Below, piece after piece: positions 1 to 13,930 of a stretch of DNA of 64,000 bases. The translations under genes and the position numbers were made by a program. Within the stretch, counting starts at the first letter, position 1, and each line of letters opens with the position of its first letter. Origin of the DNA: Octopus vulgaris (taxonomy: Eukaryota); assembly GCA_951406725.2 (NCBI GenBank), contig OX597831.1:11160001-11224000 (forward strand), in the 5' to 3' direction. Under the pieces are notes generated by a model. It had not been told where the DNA came from, did not search any database, and saw nothing but the letters and a program-made list of their open reading frames with translations.

Positions 1-338
1 GACTGAACCCGGAACCATGTGATTGGAAGCAAACTTTGAATAAAGAAAGACGTAGGATCCTGGAGCAGAAACCGAATCCAGGAGCGGTTCTCTTTTTAAA
101 TACCCCCCACTCCCACCATTTCTCAATATTTCTCCCCCCCTCATCTTCCTCCCGCTCTCTTTCTCTCACTCTCTCACTCACTCACTCCCTCCCCGCAGCT
201 GTCGCATCCACTTGAGCAGAGGATGGGAAAGTGGAGAGGCTGGTCCTGTCCACTCGCGATTTGGAAGTAAAACAATTCGGCAAAAACACGTTACAGGTTA
301 TCGACACATATACGAGTAACAGCTGGCTTTTGAATATC

Positions 339-397
339 AACAATAATAATAATAGTAATGATGATAATAATAATAATAATAGCAATAATAAACAATG

Positions 398-457
<60 letters not shown>

Positions 458-507
458 GCAATAATAATAATAACAATAATAAAAATAATGATAATAATAA
501 TAATAGC

Positions 508-568
<61 letters not shown>

Positions 569-676
569 GCAATAATAATAATAATAATAATAGCAATAAT
601 AATAATAATAATAATGATAATAATGATAATAATAGTAATAACAACAACAACAATAATAATAATAATAATAATAATC

Positions 677-740
<64 letters not shown>

Positions 741-751
741 TAATAATAATG

Positions 752-821
<70 letters not shown>

Positions 822-835
822 TAATTATAATAATA
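339..835. repeat. (AAT)n microsatellite
   Basis: About 500 bp of AAT units with GAT/AGC/AAC variants; the source of the poly-N/I/L ORFs. Confidence 0.97.
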
Positions 836-999
836 CTCTCTTTTACTCCTTTTTACTTGTTTCAGTCATTTGACTGTGGCCATGCTTGAGCACCACCTTT
901 AAAGATGATAATAACAATAATAATAATAATAAGACTCCAGGAGCTCCAACAAAACCTGTGATAAAGAGAAAATATTAGTAATCATAATTATCAGGTAAA

Positions 1000-1168
1000 A
1001 AATTTGGGGCATAAGGCTAGCAATTTTTGAGGGTAAGGGTTAGCTGATTACATGAACCCAAGTATTTTACGGGTACTTATTTTATCGACGCAGAAAGTAA
1101 GAAAAGCAAAGTTGACCTCAGGAGCATTTGAACTCAGAACGCAAAGTGAAATATGGAGGATGCCGCGT
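1000..1168 (-). mobile_element. Degenerate SINE family B fragment
   Basis: Reverse complement resembles GTTCTGAGTTCAAA...GGTCGACTTTGC...GTCGATAAA...AGTACC of the intact copies at 13619 and 56836. Confidence 0.7.
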
Positions 1169-1169
1169 A

Positions 1170-1615
1170 ATGGTATGAAAAGTGACCTCAGCTGCTGGTC
1201 CTGGTCCACTTATTCGGCTACAAGGGACTGTCAATGCTGAACCCTACAAGCAGATTCTTAGACAACGTGCCCTTCCACATCTCCAATCCTCGTTAGTTCA
1301 ACCTCCTATCTTCGTGCAGGCAACGCTCCCTGTCACACTGCGTAGAGAATCAAAGATTCATTGAGAGATGAACGGGTTGATCTCATGGACTGGCCACCTC
1401 AAAGTCCCGATCTCAACCCTATAGAAAACATTTGGAAGATTATTGGACATGGGGCGCGAAGGAGAAATCCAAACAATCAAGATGAACTCTGTTGGAAATT
1501 ATTGGTAAACGAATGGAACAATATTACTCCATCATTTTGCAAGGAATTATTTCAGTCCTGCAGTAACAGATTTCAGGAGGTCATTGATAGTAAAGGGATG
1601 TTCACAAAATATTAA
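1170..1615 (+). pseudogene. Tc1 DDE transposase C-terminal remnant
   Basis: MV*...GPGPLIRLQGTVNAEPYKQIL, frameshifted Q(D)NAPCH, then DWPPQSPDLNPIENIW...EWNNI...VIDSKGMFTKY*; contains stops and frameshifts. Confidence 0.93.
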
Positions 1616-1619
1616 TTGT

Positions 1620-2054
1620 AAGGGTTTCTCTTTTGTTCTTGTTCCATTTTTCATTGTTTTTCTAAGCAATCCTTAACTTTTGGCCGATGTAGTTTGGAAG
1701 ATTATTTGTTTTTCGTTTATGGAATTGGTTTGCAAGATTCTTTGTATGAGTTTGTGTGTTAAAGCATATTCAATTGTGTCTGGGGAGGGTCATTTTCTTT
1801 TTGTGCCTTATTATATAACACACTCACCGGTAAAATTTCCACGTTTTTCTTATTTTTATTGTCCTAAAATTTTCGTTGCGTCTTGCAACCTTTTCAATAG
1901 TCTTGACTATTGAAAAGGTTGCCAGAGTATTGAAAAGGTTACAAGACGCAACGAAAATTTTAGGACAATAAAAATAAGAAAAACGTAGAAATTTTACCGG
2001 TGAGTGTGTTACATAATAAGGCACAAAAAGAAAATGATTCTCCCCAGACACAAT
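1620..2054. mobile_element. Putative Penelope-like pseudo-LTR fragment with terminal fold-back (inverted repeat 1773-2054)
   Basis: Inverted arms of ~128 bp (1773-1900 vs 1928-2054); homologous to 27443-27698; hammerhead-like motif in each arm. Confidence 0.65.
1864..1900 (-). ncRNA. Hammerhead-like motif with UUGAAAA variant core (mirror copy 1927-1963, + strand)
   Basis: CUA-UUGAAAA-G-GUUGC[AAGAC]GCAAC-GAA-AAUU-U-UAG: 5-bp helix II, short palindromic helix III, weak 3-bp helix I; cleavage register ambiguous. Confidence 0.45.
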
Positions 2055-2385
2055 AGATTATTTGTTTATTTCCTCATAACTTACGAAATATTTATTCCAT
2101 TCCCTTGAAATTTTCATGTAAGATAGATATTAGACATATCTAAATATGTGTAAAATATCTAGTCTCAACGTATTGTTAATCTTCAATACTAAATATTTTA
2201 ATACACTTGTTCTTCCTGACCCTTACATTATGGCCGCTACTGTAGAAGATGAAAGAAGTTGAACGAAGATTAAAAGCCTAATGGATGCAACAAACAGTAA
2301 CAACAGCAACAACAACAACAGCGACCATGTCCACGCCCTCTACCAACATTTGCTCTCGAAATTTGTTTCCGCGTATTACGTTTTA

Positions 2386-2468
<83 letters not shown>

Positions 2469-3100
2469 TATACAAATGAATTGCTATATATTATTATACA
2501 GGACAATATTTATGGTACTGCATGTTATATTTATAAACACGTAATCTATTCACCATAAATTCAAGCACGTGTTTCATAGATATTTCATCAAATATCTAAT
2601 TCAATTACCATTAGAAAGAGAGATGGAAGGAGAGGGAGAGAGAGAGAGACGGAGAGGGAGTGAGAGAGAGAGAGAGAGAAAGAGAAGTGTGAGCAGGTGG
2701 GAAGAGTAGTTACGAAGTTACTAAATTGTATTACCTCAGAGAAAATGAGAACCCTATATCAATGTTCGCGTTTCTATACGTGTATACATACATACATACA
2801 TACATACACACATACATACATGCATGCATGCATATATACATACATTCATACATACATACATACATACATACATACATACATACATACATACATACATACA
2901 TCAATCCATCCATCCATCCATCCATACATACATACATTAATCCATACATACATACATACATACATACATCAATCCATCCATCCATCCATCCATACATACA
3001 TACATCAATCCATACATACATACATACATACATCAATCCATCCATACATACATCCATACGTACGTAAATACAAATAAACCTGTGTGTATATGTGTATATA

Positions 3101-3401
3101 TTCTTTTATTCTTTTACTTGTTTCAGTCGTTTGACTGCGGCCATGCTGGAGCACTGCCTTAAAGGGCTTTAGTCGAACAAATCGACCCCAAGACTTATTC
3201 TTTGTAAGCCCAGCACTTGCTCTATCATTCTCTGTTGACGAACCGTTATGTCACGGGGACGTAAACACACCAACATTGGTTGTCAAACGATGGTGGAGGG
3301 ACAAACGTAGACAGAAACACACACACACACACACTAACATATATGTATGTATGTATATATGTATGTGTGTATGTATGTATGTATGTATGTATGTATGTAT
3401 G

Positions 3402-3433
<32 letters not shown>

Positions 3434-3434
3434 T

Positions 3435-3520
<86 letters not shown>

Positions 3521-3672
3521 GACGGGCTTCTTTCAGTTTCCGTCTACCAAGGCCACTCACAGGGCTTTGATCAGCCCGAGACTATAGTAGAAGACATTGG
3601 CCCAAGGTGCCACGCAGTGAGACTGAACCCGGAACCATGTGGTTGGGAAGCAAGCTTCTTACCACACAGCCT
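3101..3672 (-). mobile_element. SINE family A (tRNA head, CORE-like domain, internal microsatellite), near full length
   Basis: Reverse complement matches the copy at 17309-17710; internal (CA)/(TATG)/(TA) tract expanded to ~200 bp. Confidence 0.9.
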
Positions 3673-3689
3673 ATAGCAAGCTTCGCATA

Positions 3690-3950
3690 TTATGTTAGTT
3701 GTTCCTTCTCGATCTTATAAGGATCGGTTCCCGGTTTCATTGTCGTATAGGTTCCCCACCTTGATGGGACGTCGTTCCGTCACAGGAGGAAAGAATCAGA
3801 GGAAGTTGTGGCGAAAGAGTCAGCAGAAGTTCGCCATTATCTCTGTCAGAGCCGCGGGGAGATTAGGTTGTTTCGCTAATAAGCACAGAGATCGCCCGGT
3901 CTGAGACTCGAACCCACGACAGCGAGTCCGCTGCTATAACCACTAGGCCA
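3690..3950 (-). mobile_element. tRNA-headed SINE related to the family C head
   Basis: Minus strand ATGGCCTAGTGGTTATAGCAGCGGACTCGC...GGTTCGAGTCTCAGACCGGGCG carries A and B boxes and resembles the head at 32121. Confidence 0.75.
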
Positions 3951-4488
3951 TACATACATACATACATACATACAAGCATACATACATACACACATACATA
4001 CACACATACACGCACATATATATATATATATACATGTATACACACACGCACAAGATCGATGGAAGGAATGAAGGAGAGCAAAAATGGAGAGAGAGAGAGA
4101 GAAAGAGAGACACACGGAAATAGTGTGAGTGTGTGTGTGAGTGTGTGATAGAGAGAGAGAGACAGAGAGAGAGAGAGGGAGAGGGAGAGAGAGAAAGAAA
4201 CATGTAGCTAATCTTACATTAACAAAATCATAGAGACACACATACACATACATGTTTCTCTCTACGTATAACGTCCGTATATATACACGCATAGCTATAT
4301 GTGTGAATGTATGAATGTATGTATGTATGTATATGTTTGTGTGTCTGTATGTACGTATGTATGTATGTATGTATGTGTGTATGTATGTATGTATGTCAAC
4401 GGAGGAGTGAAGTGGACATGTACATACATATGTATACATTCATACATAGATATGAATACATTTGCATATACATATATACAATGGTACG

Positions 4489-4539
<51 letters not shown>

Positions 4540-4788
4540 ATGTAAATACTGAGAGAGGGAGAGGGAGAGAGAGAGCGCAGTCAAAATTTATTATAATTAC
4601 TGAACAGACTAATGTATTTGAGAACAATTCGTTCGCTTGATAGGTTATTCATAATAAATGACAGCGTTGTCGTTTGAATGAGACAAGTTGTATTTCACAT
4701 ATACAGACAGAAGCGAGTAGAAGGTGCGGAGGGGGGTAGATGAGGGAGAGAGAGAGAAAGGTTGAATAAGAGCGAAAGAGAGAGAGAG

Positions 4789-4821
<33 letters not shown>

Positions 4822-4991
4822 CAATGATGTTAGGGAGAGTGAGAAGAAAAAAAGGAACACGATCGGCACCATCACACGATTTCGTACTGGGTCAAATATG
4901 GCAAACAGATTTCCATATACGTATAAACATTCAGATATTGACGAGAAAGTAATAATCTCAAATGAACAATGAATACATACACATAAACACA

Positions 4992-5031
<40 letters not shown>

Positions 5032-5221
5032 GACACACGTTTCAGAAGAAAATTAAAGACTAACATCACGTGATCTTTGTATGAAAAACATACTTTCAGA
5101 GATGTTACCACGAAAAATTAATTCATTTAAATTAAATTTATTTAATTTATCTAAATTCGCTTTCTTGCCAGTATGACTAAATTGTCTTTTGGACGATAAA
5201 GCAATCATCGAAGTACCTTTT

Positions 5222-5577
5222 CCAGTTCTTTGAAACGATAGCATGGACAAACTCCTCCAATTCAAAATAATGCTCAACAATATTAATAGCAACATACAAG
5301 TCACCATAGAACACAGCAATAAAGGACTTCGTTTTCTTGACATCCTAATTAAAATAGTCAATAACCACATCGAAACGGATATCTTTTATAAACCCACAGA
5401 TTCAAAATAATACCTATTATTCAACTCATACGACCACAAACACATAAAAATTAATATACCTTATAATCTTACGAAAGGAATTTATACCATAGTTTCGAAT
5501 ACAACTACCCGTGAACTAAGACTCCGTGAACCTAATTCAACACTAATCAAGAGACATTACACAACATCATTAAAATA
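5222..5577 (+). pseudogene. Penelope-like element reverse transcriptase C-terminal/thumb remnant
   Basis: Manual translation: LLQFKIMLNNINSNIQVTIEHSNKGLRFLDILI...IETDIFYKPTDSK*YLLFNSYDHKHIKINIPYNLTKGIYTIVSNTTTRELRLRE, matching the PLE FLD...YxKPT...YL...HxKxNIP pattern. Confidence 0.88.
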
Positions 5578-5726
5578 GGGGACAACTGATGAAGGGATGG
5601 TCTTTATGTTGTCTGTCTCGTTTCTTTATTTGTTTCTTTCGTTGTCTGAAAATAAGTTCGTTTTCTATGTTTTTGTTGTTCTTTTATGTTCTCGTTTTTC
5701 ATTTTGTTCCTGTTCCCATACATGCA

Positions 5727-5783
<57 letters not shown>

Positions 5784-5826
5784 AATAATATATATATGCA
5801 TATATACATACATATATGTACATACC

Positions 5827-5864
<38 letters not shown>

Positions 5865-6135
5865 GGTATGTACATATATGTTTGTATATATGCATATATA
5901 TATTATTTATATTATATATATATATGTATGTATATATATATATATATAAGTTCAGCAAAATATAGATGAATGTGGTACTTAAGTTATTTTGAGTATATAT
6001 ATATCAAGATTAATCAGCCGAAATTGCGAGGATGATCCGGTTCTTGACTGAAGATTAGAGGCTTCGAATGACCCGTCCGCTTTTTGTGTCGTCTCTTTGA
6101 GTGTTTTGCGTTTTTGTCGCATTTTGTATTTTTAT
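5576..6135 (+). mobile_element. Putative PLE 3'UTR/pseudo-LTR with internal inverted duplication
   Basis: Directly follows the PLE RT remnant; homologous to 39231-39480; near-perfect ~55-bp inverted arms (~5779-5830 vs ~5861-5912) around a (TA)n loop. Confidence 0.65.
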
Positions 6136-6146
6136 ATATATTTTTT

Positions 6147-6188
<42 letters not shown>

Positions 6189-6203
6189 TATATATATATT
6201 TAT

Positions 6204-6280
<77 letters not shown>

Positions 6281-6439
6281 TAAAAGTAAGGATATGTAAG
6301 TTGGACAAGTCGATATACAAAAATTATTCAATGCATTTAATAAAAAAAAATGCGCATATGTTAACATATAACAAGTTCCATCTTACACAGAATAGAAATG
6401 AGATCAAGAATTAAAGAGGTTGAATAAGAGTTTTAGGAG

Positions 6440-6530
6440 TCCAGCATCTGTTTCTGGTGACTTAATGACCCAAAATAATGATTGTAACTTGATTCCATCG
6501 ACAGATAATACCAGCCTCCGTCTTCAGGGA
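6440..6530 (-). ncRNA. Degenerate hammerhead ribozyme motif (same family as 62611-62730)
   Basis: UCC-CUGAAGA-CGGAGGCUGG...CACCA-GAAACAGAUGCU-GGA; helix I UCC/GGA; helix III and cleavage triplet mutated. Confidence 0.5.
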
Positions 6531-6689
6531 AGAAGTCTTACATTTGAGATTTGTACATCGTTCTACCTAACTTGCTTATCCTTACATTTACTCCGCTACC
6601 TGCCCAAGTTTAAACCACATGGGCACTACTAAATGTACTGTATGTAAGGAGAATACCTGATTCTCATCTATATGTATATATATACATGC

Positions 6690-6748
6690 ATGTATGTATG
6701 TATGTATGTATGTATGTATGTATGTATGTATGTATGTATGTATGTATG

Positions 6749-6782
<34 letters not shown>

Positions 6783-7096
6783 TGTATGTATGTATGTATG
6801 TATGTATGTATGTATGTATGTATGTATGTATGTATGTATGTATGTATGTATGTATGTATGTATGTATGTATGTATGTATGTATGTATGTATGTATGTATG
6901 TATGTATGTATGTATGTATGTATGTATGTATGTATGTATGTATGTATGTATGTATGTATGTATGTATGTATGTATGTATGTATGTATGTATGTATGTATG
7001 TATGTATGTATGTATGTATGTATGTATGTATGTATGTATGTATGTATGTATGTATGTATGTATGTATGTATGTATGTATGTATGTATGTATGTATG

Positions 7097-7130
<34 letters not shown>

Positions 7131-7160
7131 TGTATGTATGTATGTATGTATGTATGTATG

Positions 7161-7194
<34 letters not shown>

Positions 7195-7266
7195 TGTATG
7201 TATGTATGTATGTATATATGTATGTATATATGTATGTATGTATATGTATGTATGTATGTATGTATG

Positions 7267-7300
<34 letters not shown>

Positions 7301-7434
7301 TGTATGAGTGTATGTATGTATGTATGTATGTATGTATGTATGTATGTATATATGTATGTATGTATGTATGTATGTGTATGTATGTATGTATGTATGTATG
7401 TATGTATGTATATGTATGTATGTATGTATGTATG

Positions 7435-7468
<34 letters not shown>

Positions 7469-7518
7469 TGTATGTATGTATGTATGTATGTATGTATGTA
7501 TGTATGTATGTATGTATG

Positions 7519-7552
<34 letters not shown>

Positions 7553-7582
7553 TATATGTATGTATGTGTGTATGTATGTATG

Positions 7583-7616
<34 letters not shown>

Positions 7617-7722
7617 TGTATGTATGTATGTATGTATGTATGTATGTATGTATGTATGTATGTATGTATGTGTGTATGTATGTATGTATGTATGTATGTA
7701 TGTATGTATGTATGTATGTATA
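6690..7722. repeat. (TATG)n tetranucleotide microsatellite, ~1 kb
   Basis: Continuous TATG units with TATA/TGTG interruptions; source of the ~380-aa MYVC/HTYI ORFs. Confidence 0.98.
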
Positions 7723-7847
7723 CAGACACACATACACACAGAGAATCACACATACAAACACACAAACACACAAACACAGAAACATATACACACACATAAA
7801 TATATTGATGTTTGTTTTTCTCTCGAGTAATTTATTGATTTAGACAT

Positions 7848-8198
7848 CAGGATGCGGCCATGCTGGAACACTGCCTTAGAGGAATTTTAATCGAATGAAT
7901 GGACCCGACTACATTTCATTTTTCTCTAAGCCTGGTGCTTACTCCGAACTGTTAAGTTACAGGGATGTAAACACACCAATGTCGGTCATCAAGCCATTGT
8001 GAGGAACGAACACAGACACAAAGGCACACACACACACATATATGACGGCCTTCTTTCAGTTTCCCCTTACTAAATCCACTCACAAGGCTTTGGTTGGTTC
8101 GAGGCTATGGCACTTGTCCAAAGTGGTAGGTAGTGAGATTGAACCCAGAACCACATCGCTGGAAAGCAAACTTCTTCCCACACAACTAAGCCTGCGCC
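7848..8198 (-). mobile_element. SINE family A, diverged
   Basis: Colinear with the reverse complement of 17309-17710 and ends CCTGCGCC. Confidence 0.85.
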
Positions 8199-8249
8199 AA
8201 TTAAAACCAATTTGGCACTAAACTGAACACTTTTGAAGAGCATTATTCA

Positions 8250-8740
8250 TTTACCTTTTACTTGTTTCAGTCATTTTTACTGCGGTCATGCTGGAGCACC
8301 GCCTTATATATTTTTTCACAAGTATACAGTGATGAAATTGAATTTGAAGTTCAACATTTTGTGTTGCTTGGCTTTAACAGAGGAAGACTCTGTAGCCCGA
8401 TTGTTCAACTTCCGGTCAACGCTCTTCTTGGGAAAGATGACACACACACACACACATATACATATGTATTTTGTCATATACAAGTATATAAGCTGTGTCT
8501 TCAGATAAAATTTTCATCGGAGAAATCGAGAAAAGGGGACTCAGTGCATGGCCTAGAGTATATGGCTTTATTTAAACTGAATTCTTTCTTTCAGTTTCTA
8601 TCTACCAGATCCCCTCATAAGGCTTTGATTGGCCTGAGGCTATATTTAGGAGAAGACACTTGCCTAGGGTCCCATGCAGTAGGACTGAACATAGATCCAT
8701 GTGGTTTTAAAGCAGGCTTCTTACCACACAGCCACACCCG
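8250..8740 (-). mobile_element. SINE family A fragments (3' end 8250-8305; 5' half 8580-8740)
   Basis: CTTTTACTTGTTTCAGTCA...GCTGGAGCACCGCC and TTCTTTCAGTTTC...CTTACCACACAGCCAC. Confidence 0.75.
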
Positions 8741-9730
8741 ATGGCTTACTTTCTAAGAGGTTACGGTGTAATACGATGGACGTTTGGTTGTTTTGTGTTT
8801 ATTCTTAGCGTAAATGGAGGAGGGAATGTCGGCGACCGTTTGATGGGAGGGGGTCACTTTTGTGCCTACTGTATAGGCTGTATTGGGAGAGGGGGGTTCA
8901 AAGTCAAGGGCTGCTCCTGGCGGCACCTACCGTAGCTGTGCCACTGTTTCTAGCACATCAGGCGACCACGCAACAACTCCACCATAGGCTCACGCTGTTG
9001 TTTTATGGTAATTGCTCGTGTCTTCACAATGAAACGATGACAGAAAAATAGAATGGCGGCGGTGACGGGGGAGAGGTGGCACAACAGAAGCCGGTGGGTC
9101 CGTAGGGGAGGTAAAGCTATTGATAACAGCAAGAACAACAATAACGTAGAAAGAGGATGAGAAAAAGAAAGTGAGAGACGAAAGTGAAAGAGGATGTAGG
9201 AAGCAAAGATGTGGCAAGAAGAAAGGAACATGGCGATGGATAAAGAGTTTTAAAACATCGGTCGTATATTTTCCTTGATTTAGTGAGATTGTTTTCACTT
9301 CTTTTGTCAACATGGTCATCCTCGCTGAAATAAAGTGCTGTGAACTCGGGGGACTAACGGCCGAGAAGACATAGCATCGTTTCGGTAAAGGAAGCGCTAA
9401 GGTAGCGGGGAGCGGGGAGTGTGACGGTGGGTGTTTCAAAGAGATTTGAAGCGGGAATTCTTGGAGTTTCGGTGAATGGCATCTGCGTACGTGTGTAAAT
9501 GTGTGTGTGTGTGTACGAGTTCTTAACTGCTGATGGTTGTTGTTGTTGTTGTTGTTGCTGTTGGCAATGGATGGTAATAAATTAGTGTTGGTTGCCGAAG
9601 ATTTCTATTATCTTGAAGCATTCATAGATAAGCAATATGTGTGCCTCAGTGTGTGTGTGTGAGTTGATACGCGAATATCTAAACAGAACCACATCCATAT
9701 ATATTATGCAAACCGCGTTACATATACATC

Positions 9731-10730
<1,000 letters not shown>

Positions 10731-10869
10731 TGAGACACTCGCTCTATTATTTGCTCCGTCATGAACCAACCCCTTAACAGTATTCAAATTGAAAATATAC
10801 ACTCTCATACGCTTACACAGGAACGGTCAGAGAACAAATTAAACACTGACACATACATATATATACGCA

Positions 10870-10910
<41 letters not shown>

Positions 10911-11222
10911 ACTCACACAAGCATAAACAAAATGTTGTAACCGCCACCGCACATTCGACCATCACCATGGGACAGTAAAGCGAGCAAGGTTTGTAGAGTA
11001 TTGCCGGACACAAATTCAATATTCGTCGGCAGCTATTCTACAACAAACTTAATCTAGCGGTGTCGTCTGCCTTCTTTCATTACCCAGGTACTCTGTCATA
11101 GCCTCGCTTTGATTTCTTCTGGGAACACCACTTAATTGAAACGACGTTGCTGCGGCTCACACTGAAATCTTACTCTCTCGCCTTTTATTTCCACCACAAA
11201 CACAGCTACAAATACTCATATA

Positions 11223-11289
<67 letters not shown>

Positions 11290-11297
11290 ATATGCAT

Positions 11298-11372
<75 letters not shown>

Positions 11373-11864
11373 GTATGTCTGTATGTATAAACACACATAC
11401 ATGCATATGAAGGATAAAAATTGTCTGCATGCTCATAGATATGATGATCTAGACAGATGTGTATGTACATATTGTGTGTGTATACACGTGAATACATATA
11501 CATATATACATCCATATACGCATGTATATATGTGTGTATTTTGTATGTGTACACATACATATAATATACGCACAAATGTATGCATGCATATATGCACATC
11601 CGCAATCAACACCACACGTAAACACACACAGAGACACACACCGACATACACACACACAGTGTTGGCAGTTCAATGGATCGTTCTCAATTAGTTGCTTGTC
11701 ACCATTGTATGTCAATCATCGGCTCAAAATTATATTTACAATTTGCCGAGTCTGGTCGAACCGTTGAGCCTAGATCGCTTCCCTCACATTGCAACCTTCT
11801 GTCAGCTTTAACACTGCTAATTTCATCATCATTTTCCCTTCCTTTCTTGCTTCCTTCCTTCCCT

Positions 11865-12420
11865 TTCTTCTTCTTCTTCTTCTTCTTCTTCTTCTTCTTC
11901 TTCTTCTTCTTCTTCTTCTTCTTCTTCTTCTTCTTCTTCTTCTTCTTCCATCCCCCCCCCACCATTTCTCCTTCCTTTATTTATTTGCCTTTCATATTTC
12001 CATTTCGAATCTTACACTTCTGCCCTACCAGCACCAGCACCACCACCACAACCACCACTGCCACCACCACCACCACTGCTGCCACCACCACCGCCACCAC
12101 CACCACCAGCACCACCGCCACCACCACCACCACCGCCACCACCACCGCCACCACCACCACCACCACCACCACCACCACCACCACCACCACCACCACCACC
12201 ACCACCACCAGCCACCACCAGCACCACCGCCACCACCACCACCACCACCACCACCAGCACCACCGCCACCACCACCACCTCCACCACCACCACAACCACC
12301 AGCACCACCAGCAGCACCAGCACCGCCACCACCAACAGCACCACCACCAACAGCACCACCGCCGCCGCCGCCGCCACTCCTACCACTCCCACCACCACTA
12401 CCAACAACAACAACTACCGC
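11865..12420. repeat. (CTT)n followed by (CCA)n-rich trinucleotide tract
   Basis: Direct inspection; source of the poly-F/T/H/P ORFs. Confidence 0.95.
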
Positions 12421-12824
12421 CTCTTACATGTACGTAGTCCTCTCTTTCTTCACCTCTTCCTGCAACTCCTTTTCATTCGGATTCCTTTTCCCCTCTTTCG
12501 CCTCGTCCCCCCTTTTTCTTTCTTTTCCTTATACATCGTTTTCCTTTCCAGTCCATAGCTCTATGGTTTCAGAAGTACGTTTCGCAACTCACTTATTTCG
12601 GGTTCAGCTCCACTCCACACCACATTGCACAAGTGTCTTCTACTATTGCCCCCAGGTCGATCCGTGCCTTCTGAGAGAATTTGGATTTGGTAGAAAGAAA
12701 CTGTATGGAAATTCTGCGTGTGTGTGTATGTGTAATTGTGTGTGTATGAGTGTGTGTGCATGTATGTTTACTTATATACTTTATATACATTATACATCTT
12801 ACATTATATAATGTATGATTATAT

Positions 12825-13200
12825 ATAGATTAATATTATATATAAATTAATTATAATTATACTTATTTAATATTATAATTTATTAATATTATAATTCATT
12901 AATATTATATACTTAATTAATATTATACCTAATTAATATTATATTTAATTAATATTATAATATATTAATATTATAATATATTAATATTATAATTCATTAG
13001 TATTATATACTTAATTAATATCATACTTAATTAATATTATTATTTATTAATATTATATATAGATTAATTATAATTTAACGGCGGTGCATCAGCATGGCCG
13101 CAGCTATGAGCTGAAACTACAGCAAAAAAATATGGATTAATATTATACACATTATATATCTATATTACATATAATATAAAATATGTAATATATAATATAT
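12825..13200. repeat. AT-rich degenerate minisatellite (TTAATATTATA-type unit) lying within a diverged SINE A
   Basis: Recurrent TTAATATTAT units; SINE A 5' part at ~12570-12730 and 3' end at 13079-13125. Confidence 0.75.
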
Positions 13201-13299
13201 ATACATATTATGTGTATTATGTGTGTGTGTGTGTGTGTGTGTGCATGCGTGTTAGTGTATGTGTGTGTTATTATATTATATTATTTTACTTGAAACATT

Positions 13300-13600
13300 C
13301 GAATCTTTAAATCTCCGGAGTAATGTTACTCGACAGAGTATGTACTTCGGAGATCAGTGAGTCTCTCCAGTTCGAGTCGATATTTTTCTACATTGAGATG
13401 TCGTAGCTCCAGTATTAGGAAAATATCGTTAGGAAATCTCAGAAAAGCGACTGGCAAGAAACTTCAGGGTAGATTGAAAACGCGATGGTTAAATAATATT
13501 CAAATTGTTAGTTGCTCACACTTGGAAATCCATCCGGACAGTGTAATGTGCGTTGCTTCTGAAAGGACTCTACAAAGAAGGAGGTTGAAGGACTTTACTT
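13300..13600 (+). mobile_element. Degenerate RTE-type LINE C-terminal fragment
   Basis: ...KKLQGRLKTRWLNNIQ...LEIHPDSVMCVASERTL resembles the RTE tail motif GRPxxRWxDxI...AxDRxxW. Confidence 0.55.
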
Positions 13601-13618
13601 ACACGACTCTAAATAGTA

Positions 13619-13848
13619 ATTTCTTTACTACCCACAAGGGGCTAAACATAGAGGGGACAAACAAGGGCAGACAAACGGATTAAGTCGATTACATCGATCC
13701 CAGTGCGTAACTGGTACTTAATTTATCGACCCCGAAAAGATGAAAGGTAAAGTCGACCTCGGCGGAATTTGAACTCAGAACGTAATGCTAGACGAAATAC
13801 GGCTACGCATTTCGCCCGGCGTGCTAACGTTTCTGCCAGCTCGCCGCC
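13619..13848 (-). mobile_element. SINE family B (tRNA head, Meta-domain-like body), full length
   Basis: Minus strand GGCGGCGAGCTGGCAGAAACGTTAGC...GAGTTCAAATTCC (B box)...GGTCGACTTTACCTTTCATCTTTTCGGGGTCGATAAATTAAGTACCAG; flanked by CTAAATAGT target duplications. Confidence 0.92.
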
Positions 13849-13930
13849 TCCTAAATAGTCGCCGCCGACTCTTCTAAATAGTAGCCGAAAAAAGTTGGCT
13901 GGGTATTTGGGTGGATTCTTTAAGTTGTGC

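Larger units (their letters stand above)
1170..2242 (+). mobile_element. 5'-truncated Tc1-family transposon (transposase remnant plus right TIR), interrupted by a fold-back insertion
   Basis: Transposase remnant at 1170-1615; element ends ...CATTATGGCCGCTACTG followed by TA at 2243-2244, typical of a Tc1 CAGT TIR and TA target. Confidence 0.8.

Noticed and set aside
199-335. Possible exon after a polypyrimidine tract and CAG
   Set aside because: No recognisable protein similarity or strong donor; pyrimidine tracts are ubiquitous here.
5586-5670. CUGAUGA followed by GAAA (also at 39241)
   Set aside because: Could not build helices I-III with a valid NUH triplet, so not counted as a hammerhead.
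6588-7843. Long ORFs of ~380 aa in most frames
   Set aside because: Pure (TATG)n microsatellite with no stop codons; not coding. The same applies to the poly-YI, poly-N/I/L, poly-T/H/P and ER/SL ORFs throughout.
11673-12811. Pro/His/Thr-rich ORFs resembling extensin or mucin
   Set aside because: Translation of (CTT)n and (CCA)n tracts; no domain, and the frame runs into a SINE.
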